Notes under the pieces: generated by a model | Databases searched by the model: none | The model's input: the letters and a program-made list of their open reading frames with translations, nothing else | Told to the model about the DNA's origin: nothing | Program-made: the position numbers and the translations under genes | Assembly: GCA_965222075.1 (NCBI GenBank) | Contig: OZ244937.1 | Coordinates: forward strand, 640,001-704,000 | DNA: 64,000 nucleotides | Source of the DNA: Candidatus Latescibacterota bacterium | Lineage (GTDB): Bacteria; Latescibacterota; UBA2968; GCA-2709665 | Direction: 5' to 3' | Part shown: positions 10,831 through 18,904 of the stretch, one piece after another | Numbering within the stretch: position 1 is the first letter of the stretch | Layout of the letters: each line of letters starts with the position of its first letter

Positions 10831-11098
10831 GAATCACACCGACAGGTAAAAACGGTGCGTTCACAATCAATTTATGAAATTCTCCGCCCGGTGGCAATAG
10901 ATTATTCTAAAAAAATCAAACCTTTGGGATAAAAGTTGCCGCCTGTAAACGGTCGAAGAAAGGAGGTCACACGATGCGTATCCGAATCAAGCTTGTGTGA
11001 AGCTGCACTTCTGTTGATCCCATGCTTCCGACCGGCACTGTGCTCAACACGTCCACTTGCGCTACGGCGCTGTCGCGCCTTGTGGCCAAAATAAGACC

Positions 11099-11127
11099 TT
11101 GCACACTATGCGTCATTGGCGTATAAT
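11099..11127 (+). promoter_or_regulatory. Sigma-70 promoter of higBA with an imperfect palindromic operator; likely leaderless mRNA
   Basis: TTGCAC-17 nt-TATAAT ending 6 nt before ATG 11134; imperfect palindrome TATGCGTCATTGGCGTATA. Confidence 0.7.
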
Positions 11128-11133
11128 AGATCT

Positions 11134-11451
11134 ATGATCTTTGTCGAAACGCCAATCTTCACAAAGGAGATATTGACACTATTACCCGATGAGGACTACC
11201 GGGCAATGCAACTGGCGCTACTATTGCGCCCGGAATCGGGAGAGATAATTCACCGTACGGGTGGCTTGCGAAAATTGAGATGGAAATTGCCGCACGGCGG
11301 CAAGCGGGGCGGTCTTCGTGTCATCTACTATTGGGACAAGCCTGACGAGGTCCTTTACATGCTCTGGGTGTATCGCAAGCGCCGACAGGAAGATCTCACC
11401 CCTCAACAGTCCAAGTTGCTTGGTAACCTCGTAAAGGAGTATCTCACATGA
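11134..11451 (+). CDS. higB: Type II toxin, RelE/HigB family
   Basis: FVETPIF..GGLRKLRW..GKRGGLRVIYY..YRKRRQEDLT; toxin lies upstream of the antitoxin. Confidence 0.88.
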   Translation: MIFVETPIFTKEILTLLPDEDYRAMQLALLLRPESGEIIHRTGGLRKLRWKLPHGGKRGGLRVIYYWDKPDEVLYMLWVYRKRRQEDLTPQQSKLLGNLVKEYLT

Positions 11452-11738
11452 ACGAGCGCGACTTTGACAAACTTGTAGCCAGCGTCAAGCAAGCCGGAGC
11501 TATCAAGCGCGGCAAGATGCAGCCAGAGCGCACTACCCGGATGGATCCGGTCGATATCAGGTTGATCCGAAAGAAACTGGATAAATCGCAATCTGAGTTT
11601 GCCCTGATGATTGGCATCAGCGTCTCTACATTGCAGAATTGGGAGCAGGGACGCCGCCATCCTGAGGGTCCCGCTCGGGCTCTGCTCAAGATTGCTTCAG
11701 AAAATCCCGAAGCAGTGGCGCGGTCATTAGGCGCTTGA
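11448..11738 (+). CDS. higA: Type II antitoxin, HigA/NadS-like XRE HTH
   Basis: SQSEFALMIGISVSTLQNWEQGRRHPEGPARALL; ATGA overlap with the toxin. Confidence 0.88.
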   Translation: MNERDFDKLVASVKQAGAIKRGKMQPERTTRMDPVDIRLIRKKLDKSQSEFALMIGISVSTLQNWEQGRRHPEGPARALLKIASENPEAVARSLGA

Positions 11739-11871
11739 CAAGCCACTCAACCCCACCCCTGGCCACCCAGCCTCTAACACCGCGTCTGCGCTGTGGCACA
11801 TTGGCCCTACGGGCAACCCTTCGCTTCGCTCCGGGTTCGCAAACCGTGGAAACAATGCGCAATTCCGCTTG

Positions 11872-11995
11872 TGTGGTTCTTGCCGCCTACCCCGGACAGG
11901 GCCATTCTCTGGCGGAATGGAACCTTTCAAGCCGATTGGATTATTCGGAACGCATCCTGATGTGGTTTGATGAGCATCTGAAGAGGAATGGTTGA
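11872..11995 (+). pseudogene. C-terminal remnant of an S9 (prolyl oligopeptidase) family peptidase
   Basis: YPGQGH (catalytic His) followed by DYSERILMWFDEHLK, the typical S9 C-terminus; no upstream body of the gene. Confidence 0.65.
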
Positions 11996-12045
11996 AGACG
12001 AGGTTTAATTCTGCTTCTTGCGCGTTGAACAGGCCTGTTTTTTTC

Positions 12046-12461
12046 TTGACTCCACAGGATTCAAAGTTTATCTTTTTGAATGCTGTGGATGCTTTAAACT
12101 TTTCGAAAGGGTATTTTTCTTGATCCTGCAAGACCCACAAGCGCTGTTGCCGCCAGGAGGCTCTGTGAGGGTGGAGGTCTCTTTTGCCTCCCTCAGCATG
12201 GTGTCTTTTTTCGGCTTTGCATTTGGCGTAACAGCGGTTCATTCGGCCCCAGAGGGGAGAAGTGTGCCCATGCGTTTCGAGGAGTCGGATCCTTAATTTG
12301 CCGTATCTGAAATTTCTACAACAGGTTAGGCCGTGAGGATGCGTCTCGCGGCCTTTTTGTTTTCCTGTCTGCGTGCGTGCAGCTGCACGCACAGGCAGGT
12401 CGGCTTTGAAACCGTGGGTATTCCGTCTGAATACGCGCGGTTTTTTTTGGGTTAGAAGGAT
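12046..12461 (+). promoter_or_regulatory. Promoter plus ~390-nt structured leader (uORF and terminators) of the ABC-F gene
   Basis: TTGACT-17-TATCTT at 12046-12074; uORF MRFEESDP at 12270-12296 with SD GAGGGGAG; terminator at 12328-12363; further hairpins at 12364-12399 and 12409-12447. Confidence 0.65.
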
Positions 12462-14330
12462 GTGGTGACGATGACGATTCTGGAAGTGAACAGTCTGACA
12501 AAGGCCTTTGGGGCCAATACGATCTTAGAGGGCGTCTCCTTTAAGGTCAATCAGGGAGAGAAGGTGGGGTTGATCGGGGAGAACGGCTCGGGAAAGTCCA
12601 CTCTTTTAAAGATGATTGTCGGGATCGAGGAGGTTACCGGGGGGACGATTACAAAACCGAAGGGGCTCAGAATCGGTTACCTCGCCCAGCATCTGACGTA
12701 TCGGGAAGGGCATACGGTTTATGAGGAGGTCCTGGATGTTTTCGGTGCTGTCAGGAAGCTGGAAGCGGAACTCAAGGATCTCGAAGCCGAGATGGGCAAT
12801 TCCGGAACGGCTTCAGATGAGGACCGCCTTCAGGAGACCATGGGGCGATACGGCCGGCTCGTGGAAGCGTTCGAGCGTCTGGGGGGATACACCTACGAGC
12901 AGCGGATCGAGGCGGTGCTGGAAGGGCTGGGGATTTCCGGGATGCGGGACCGGCGGATTGGGTCGCTCAGCGGGGGAGAGAAGAATGTTGTGGCTCTGGC
13001 CAGGATGCTTCTGGAGGAGCCGGACATCCTGCTTTTAGATGAGCCGGGGAACCACCTGGATTTCGAGGGACTGGCGTGGCTGGAGGGATTTATCCGGAAT
13101 TACGGCAAGACCACGATTCTGGTCTCACACGACCGGTACCTGCTCGACCGGACCGTGGAGCGTATTCTGGAACTGGAGGACCGGAAGGCCGCGACCTATT
13201 CGGGCAACTATTCCACGTATCGGGCCGAGAAGCTGAGAAATCTGATCAAACAGAAGGCGGCCTACGAAGACCAGCAGAAGGAGGTCTGGCGGCTGGAAGA
13301 GATGATCAAACGGTTTGAACTCTGGGGCGGTAAGAAAAATTTCCGGCGAGCCCGAAGCAGACAGAAGATGCTGGATCGGATGGACAGGATCGAGCGGCCG
13401 GATCTGGACCGGAAGCGCATCGATCCCAGCTTCGGTTTTGAGGAACGGAGCGGCCGGATTACGCTGGAACTCAGGGGGTATTCGAAGGCTTTCGGAGATC
13501 GGGTGCTGTTTCAGGATGTGGACATGCTCCTCTCTTTTGGAGACCGTGCCGGCCTGCTGGGCGCCAACGGCACCGGCAAGACGACGCTGTTCAAGGATAT
13601 CCTGGAACAGGGCGCGTGGGAGAATCCGGTCTTGAGGATCGGTCCGAAGACGAAGATCGGGTATTACGCCCAGGAACACGAGACCCTGAACCCGGAGCGT
13701 TCGATTCTGGAGGAGGTGCGCCGGGAGAAGGGCCTGACGAAGGCCCAGGCCTTCACGGTGTTGTCCAAATTCCTCTTCCGGTGGGAGGATATGGATAAGA
13801 AGGTGAAAACGCTGAGCGGGGGAGAGAAGAGCCGCGTTCAACTGGCCAAGCTGATGGTGTCGGACGCGAATCTCCTGCTCTTAGATGAGCCGACCAACCA
13901 CCTGGATATCCAGTCGAGGGAACAGGTGGAGGAGGCGCTGGAGGTATTTGAGGGGGCTGTCCTGGTCATCTCTCATGACCGGTACTTTTTGGACCGGATC
14001 GTGGACCGGATCGTGGAAGTCAGAAATCCCGATCTGGTATTCTATCCGGGAAATTTCTCAGCCTTCTGGGAGAAGAAAAAGGCTGAACAGGGGAGTGCTT
14101 CGCCTGCAAGGAAGAAACGACCGGCTGCCAAAAAGAACACTGCACGGCCGCTTTCCATCGGTCCGGAAGAGATTGAGGAGAAGATTGAGAAATTTGAGGA
14201 GGAGAAGCTCAGGCTGGAACGGGCACTGGCCGAGACGTATCGGAATCGAGATTACAAGAGAGGGGAGAAGCTCAGCCAGCAGCTGCGGAAGCTGGAGGAC
14301 CGGGTTGAGGAACTCTATGATCTGCTGTAA
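12462..14330 (+). CDS. ABC-F family ribosome-associated ATPase
   Basis: Two ABC domains (GENGSGKS / GANGTGKT, LSGGEK twice, DEPGNHLD / DEPTNHLD), interdomain linker, C-terminal coiled coil, no transmembrane segments. Confidence 0.92.
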   Translation: MVTMTILEVNSLTKAFGANTILEGVSFKVNQGEKVGLIGENGSGKSTLLKMIVGIEEVTGGTITKPKGLRIGYLAQHLTYREGHTVYEEVLDVFGAVRKLEAELKDLEAEMGNSGTASDEDRLQETMGRYGRLVEAFERLGGYTYEQRIEAVLEGLGISGMRDRRIGSLSGGEKNVVALARMLLEEPDILLLDEPGNHLDFEGLAWLEGFIRNYGKTTILVSHDRYLLDRTVERILELEDRKAATYSGNYSTYRAEKLRNLIKQKAAYEDQQKEVWRLEEMIKRFELWGGKKNFRRARSRQKMLDRMDRIERPDLDRKRIDPSFGFEERSGRITLELRGYSKAFGDRVLFQDVDMLLSFGDRAGLLGANGTGKTTLFKDILEQGAWENPVLRIGPKTKIGYYAQEHETLNPERSILEEVRREKGLTKAQAFTVLSKFLFRWEDMDKKVKTLSGGEKSRVQLAKLMVSDANLLLLDEPTNHLDIQSREQVEEALEVFEGAVLVISHDRYFLDRIVDRIVEVRNPDLVFYPGNFSAFWEKKKAEQGSASPARKKRPAAKKNTARPLSIGPEEIEEKIEKFEEEKLRLERALAETYRNRDYKRGEKLSQQLRKLEDRVEELYDLL

Positions 14331-14340
14331 TGGGTGCTCC

Positions 14341-14445
14341 GAAGGGCGCCTGTGGTGGCAGCGGGCACTTCTGCCCTGCGAGCGTTTGGGGATTCACGAG
14401 GCGAAGGCGGTGGACGGAACCGCGCAGAAAAGCCCCTTCACCCCG
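14341..14445. repeat. Structured dispersed repeat, copy 2
   Basis: 14351-14439 matches 10337-10425 at 67 of 89 positions by manual count. Confidence 0.65.
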
Positions 14446-14496
14446 GCCACCATATGTCGCCATTTGTGTTGTCCACCACTGCGTAGTGACCTTGAT

Positions 14497-14712
14497 CCCC
14501 CCCTGGGAACGCGGGCGTCTCGCCCGCATGTTGGGGTAGGGTATGGTCGGACAAGGCCGTCATGCTCCCGGGAGCATGGGCATCTTGCCCTCGAAAATCG
14601 CTTGACGCCAGGGGAACTCGACAGTCCCACAAAGCAGCCCCCATCACTCCCCCCTTGAGGGGGAGTCGCAGAAGCCGAGCCGACAGGCGACGGCTGATGC
14701 GGTGGGGGGGGC
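14497..14712. repeat. Cluster of REP-like palindromes
   Basis: GGGAACGCGGGCGTCTCGCCCGC, GGGAGCATGGGCATCTTGCCC and ACTCCCCCTTGAGGGGGAGT..GCGGTGGGGGGG. Confidence 0.6.
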
Positions 14713-14780
14713 CAGCCCACAGGCACCCGCAATGGAGGGACCGGGCGGGGCGGCTCTCACCACTCACCACTCTCTCCTGC

Positions 14781-14896
14781 TGTCCGATATCGGACACCAC
14801 TGTATCGCCAGCGGACACTTAAGGCCCCTCCAAAAAACCTCAATTTCAACTAATCTGTTGTAATCATTACAGAAACAATTTTGGTACGCTTATTGC
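14781..14896 (+). promoter_or_regulatory. Sigma-54 promoter with tandem activator (bEBP) binding sites
   Basis: Perfect palindrome TGTCCGATATCGGACA at 14781-14796, a second degenerate site at 14801-14817, and a -24/-12 box TGGTAC-N5-TTGC at 14882-14896. Confidence 0.75.
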
Positions 14897-14957
14897 ATCT
14901 ATCTAACGTTCATTAAGCCAGTCTGTCTTAAACCCTTTGATTTGTGGGCGTGTTGAC

Positions 14958-17354
14958 ATGATCAAAAATTACATTACTGTCGCCAGGCGCAACCTGCTGC
15001 GACAAAAACTGTACACTTTTATTCATATTTTTGGCCTGGCGTTGGGTATTGCGTGCTGTTTTCTGATGGCGCTGTTCGTGAAGCACGAGTGGTCGTTCGA
15101 TCAGTTTCATAAGAACAAAGCGCATTTGTTTCGGGTTGTGACGCAAGAGGTCAGGCCCAATGGTGGAATAAGACATCGAACGCTGTTTCCTCACACCATT
15201 GTAGAAGCGCTAAAAGACGACTTGCCAGGTATCATACGGGCAAGTGCATTTATGCGCCCGGAGGGTGGTTTCGAATATGGCGATCGGGAATTTGATGCGT
15301 TGGTGGGGCTTGTGAGTGCTGATTTTTTGACCCTTTTCACGTTTCCACTTCTGGCAGGCGACCCGGCTACGGCCCTGGGTCGACCTGATGCAATGGTGAT
15401 CAGTGAAACCGTTGCGCGAAAGGTCTTCGGTGGTGCTCAATTCGATTACAGCCACGTGTTGGGGCAGACACTCACATCAGGGGGATTGACATTTGAAATC
15501 ACAGGTGTTGCTGCCGATGTTCCGGATGTATCCAGTCTGAAATTCGATGTGTTGGCTTCGGTTGAACACCACAGGCATTTTGGAGGGAATTATGCCGACG
15601 GCGCGTATGCGTCGATCTATGTACAGCTGGCCGGAGGAAAGATGCCGGAAGGAATGGATGCGTCGCTCAGATCCTTCGCACGCACCCACCTGAGCAGGCG
15701 TATTGAGAATTTAAAACATTGGAATGTCATTCTGGGCGAAGAAGCATTTACGCTTATGCTGCAACCCCTGGTGGATGTATACTGGAACGCACAAATCCGG
15801 AATTCTTACGAGTTATCCGGTCATCTGGATGCCGTCTATGTTCTGTGGGGGCTTGCAGGGCTGGTGTTGCTGATTGCGTGCAGCAATTTCACAACCCTGT
15901 CCATCGCAAGCTCGGGGGGGCGGGCGCTCGAGGTCGGCTTGCGTAAGGTGTTGGGCGCAGGCCGCCATCAATTGATGCAACAATTCTGGAGCGAGGCGTT
16001 GTTGTTGAGCTTTTTGGGCGTCCTGCTGGGCGTTGCGCTGGCCGAGATGTTTTTGCCCATTTTCAATGGGTTGGTTCGGCGCGAACTCAATATTACGTAT
16101 TTTGGGGATGGATTTTTCTTCCTTTTTTTATTCGTCATTGTGGTCGCGGTCGGCCTGCTGGCCGGCAGTTATCCGGCTGCTGTGCTGTCGCGTCTTCAAC
16201 CGGTGTCCGCTTTGAAAGGTGGAATACGTATTGGGGGGCGCAGCCGGATGACGCGCACACTCATCGTACTGCAATATACGGCGTCGATCGCGTTGATGAT
16301 CTGCACGGGCGTGATGTTTGAGCAACAACACTATGTGCGCAACAGAAATTTGGGTTATGATCAGGAGCAAGTCGTCGTTGTTTATGCAAGGGAAAAGAAG
16401 CTTGCAGACCGTTACAAGCAGGAGATATTAAAAGCCCCGGACGTTTTAAATGCTACGATCGCGGACCGCGCTTTTACAAGCGGCTCGAACACAACCGTCT
16501 GTAAACTACCCGACGGCACGGTTTTTTCGGTTCGGGTGCTCGGGGTTGATCCCGATTATCTGTCCACACTGAGAATTCCTCTGCTTGCAGGCCGCAACTT
16601 TTCCAAGGCGCATCCAACAGATCGCGAACAGGCCGTGTTGATCAATGAAAGCCTGGCACAAAAACTCAAAATGGATAACCCCGTAGGCCAGTTGTTGCCG
16701 GGGTTTGGTTGGAGCGATATGAAGCCAGTCATTATCGGGATTGTAGACGATTTTCACATTGACTCATTGCACAAACGCATTCAGCCGCAGGTTTTGCAGA
16801 TGAAAAGGTTGAATAGCGGCCCGTATCTGCTCATTCGCATTCAGCCTGAAGATGTGTCCGGTACGCTTGCGTTTCTGGAAAAAACCTGGCAAGAGGTAGC
16901 CCCCAACAGGTTTTTCGCTCATTGGTTGCTGGATACTGCTCTTGATCGGCAATATCGCAATGAACAACGCTGGCAGCGGGTGCTAATTTATTCGGCGCTG
17001 TTTGCGATTACGATTTCGTGCCTTGGTTTGTTGGGGCTGGCGTCTCTGGCTGTGGCGCAGCGAACAAAGGAAGTCGGGATACGGAAGGTGCTGGGCGCGT
17101 CGGTGGGACATCTGGTAGGGTTGCTGTCGAAGGATTTCGTAAAATTGTTGATTGCAGCGAATGTGATCGCCTGGCCAGTAGCGTATTGGGCAATGGACAA
17201 GTGGCTGGCGAATTTTGCGTACCGTACCGAACTGAAAGTTGGTGTTTTTATATTGGCTGGCGGGTTGGCGATTTGTATCGCTCTGTTGACGGTGGGCCTT
17301 CAGACATTCAATGCCGCGCGGAGAAATCCTGTGGATGCCCTTCGACATGAATGA
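14958..17354 (+). CDS. ABC transporter permease, duplicated MacB/FtsX type
   Basis: MIKNYITVARRNL start, two EVG(L/I)RKVLGA repeats, NLGYDQEQ, and C-terminal NPVDALRHE. Confidence 0.92.
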   Translation: MIKNYITVARRNLLRQKLYTFIHIFGLALGIACCFLMALFVKHEWSFDQFHKNKAHLFRVVTQEVRPNGGIRHRTLFPHTIVEALKDDLPGIIRASAFMRPEGGFEYGDREFDALVGLVSADFLTLFTFPLLAGDPATALGRPDAMVISETVARKVFGGAQFDYSHVLGQTLTSGGLTFEITGVAADVPDVSSLKFDVLASVEHHRHFGGNYADGAYASIYVQLAGGKMPEGMDASLRSFARTHLSRRIENLKHWNVILGEEAFTLMLQPLVDVYWNAQIRNSYELSGHLDAVYVLWGLAGLVLLIACSNFTTLSIASSGGRALEVGLRKVLGAGRHQLMQQFWSEALLLSFLGVLLGVALAEMFLPIFNGLVRRELNITYFGDGFFFLFLFVIVVAVGLLAGSYPAAVLSRLQPVSALKGGIRIGGRSRMTRTLIVLQYTASIALMICTGVMFEQQHYVRNRNLGYDQEQVVVVYAREKKLADRYKQEILKAPDVLNATIADRAFTSGSNTTVCKLPDGTVFSVRVLGVDPDYLSTLRIPLLAGRNFSKAHPTDREQAVLINESLAQKLKMDNPVGQLLPGFGWSDMKPVIIGIVDDFHIDSLHKRIQPQVLQMKRLNSGPYLLIRIQPEDVSGTLAFLEKTWQEVAPNRFFAHWLLDTALDRQYRNEQRWQRVLIYSALFAITISCLGLLGLASLAVAQRTKEVGIRKVLGASVGHLVGLLSKDFVKLLIAANVIAWPVAYWAMDKWLANFAYRTELKVGVFILAGGLAICIALLTVGLQTFNAARRNPVDALRHE

Positions 17355-17392
17355 AATACAGGCCAGATGGTCGCCAGTGATGATTGCTTTTC

Positions 17393-18808
17393 TTATCTAA
17401 CGTCGTATCGCAGGATGGTAACGAAGGCCCCGGCGAATCCCAGGACCGCCAGGAGCGCCAGATTGAGGATGTGGAAAGCGTTGCGGGACAGACAGGATCC
17501 GAGCGTTTCCGTGTCCTCGTAGACGAACCAGGAAAAGTCGGACAGGTCGGCGTCCCCTTCGAACAGCTTGCTGCTTATGAATTGGGAGAGGGTGATGAGA
17601 TACGCGTTCAAAGCGTCCTCAATCCTATCGTGTTTGGCAATACCCGTACGGGCCAGATCCATAGAGGTGAACGTTGCTGCTCCGTAGGGGGATAGCGCCG
17701 ACAGCCAGAGAGTCAGATTCTGCTGACGACGCATCTGATTCCGCCTTGAGGCCCGCAGTTCCGCGACTCGAGCGTAGAGCTCGGCATTCCACTTCGCTTC
17801 TATGCTGCCAAATGCGGCCGCCCGGGCTTCCTGAATCCTGGCTCTCTGTGCGTCTGTGAGTGCTTCCCGGTCTGCCACGGCGTTCCGGCTCTCATAGGCC
17901 TCGCGTTCGTCCCGGCTTCCTTTCATAGCCGTCCACCGCAGCGCATCCCTCTGTTTCTCCTGGGCATATATGCTATCTACAGGCACGACCCATTGCGCGA
18001 TTCGGACGGCAAGGTCGGGTAGCACGAAGATCCAGACAGTCCACAGTCCGAGGAGCCCCAGAAATGCCGTCATCCGTCTATGCGTGGCCGATGAGACCCA
18101 CAGCCCGAAGGCGGCAAAGACTGTTAGATAGAGGCCGAACAACACCATCAAGACGGCCATGCGGGCCCAGTCCTGGCCCTTCAGGTCCAGTTCAGGATGG
18201 AGCGTGAGGACGGCGACGGCCAGGGTGTAGGCGAAGGCGAACGGCAGCAGCACCGCAACGGTGGAACCGACGAGCTTGGCCAAAGCCAGGGTGGATCTGG
18301 GCACCGGATAGGATGCATAAAGCCGCAGCGTGCCCGCCTCTTTCTCGCCACAGACGGCATCGTGGATCAGCAGCAGCACACAGAGGCTGAGGATGACCTT
18401 AACGATAAACCTGAAATCGAGGACACCGAGGAGCGCGTTCACCGGATCGACAGAGAAGAGACTGTCTTCGAAAATAACCATCCGCTGATGCTTCATGACC
18501 ACTTCCTGCCCCACCTTGCCCGAAAGCCCGAAAATGAGGGGGCTGAGGACCTCGGGCGGCCGGTTCCACAGAATGCCCACCCTGATCAAATCGGTGACGC
18601 CGCGCCAGCCTCCCCTTTCGATAGACTTCTGGACATGCTCCCGGTTCTTATGAGTGACCGTCTGGTGCTGCTGCCGCATCCGGAGATAATTCTGAACGCC
18701 AATGTAGACACCCAGGACCGACAGCAAAGCACAGAGCAGGAAGATGGCCACGAATCGGTGGTCGAGCAGGTGGTTGAGGAGTTCCTTTTGAATCAGACGT
18801 CCAATCAT
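17393..18808 (-). CDS. ABC-2 type transporter permease subunit
   Basis: LIQKELL, DAVCGEKEAGTLRL and C-terminal RYDVR; multiple TM segments; SD AAGGAG. Confidence 0.85.
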   Translation of the reverse strand: MIGRLIQKELLNHLLDHRFVAIFLLCALLSVLGVYIGVQNYLRMRQQHQTVTHKNREHVQKSIERGGWRGVTDLIRVGILWNRPPEVLSPLIFGLSGKVGQEVVMKHQRMVIFEDSLFSVDPVNALLGVLDFRFIVKVILSLCVLLLIHDAVCGEKEAGTLRLYASYPVPRSTLALAKLVGSTVAVLLPFAFAYTLAVAVLTLHPELDLKGQDWARMAVLMVLFGLYLTVFAAFGLWVSSATHRRMTAFLGLLGLWTVWIFVLPDLAVRIAQWVVPVDSIYAQEKQRDALRWTAMKGSRDEREAYESRNAVADREALTDAQRARIQEARAAAFGSIEAKWNAELYARVAELRASRRNQMRRQQNLTLWLSALSPYGAATFTSMDLARTGIAKHDRIEDALNAYLITLSQFISSKLFEGDADLSDFSWFVYEDTETLGSCLSRNAFHILNLALLAVLGFAGAFVTILRYDVR

Positions 18809-18904
18809 GGCGGCTCCTTGATGCACAACTCTCCAGGTGGCAGTTCCGAGTGGCAAGTGGCGAGCAGCCCAAACTGGCTATCGGCTACTGACAGTTGTCT
18901 TGTC

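Noticed and set aside
10974-11126. Selenocysteine read-through of the TGA in the MRIRIKLV ORF
   Set aside because: No convincing SECIS hairpin follows, and the extended product runs into the higBA promoter with no recognisable motif.
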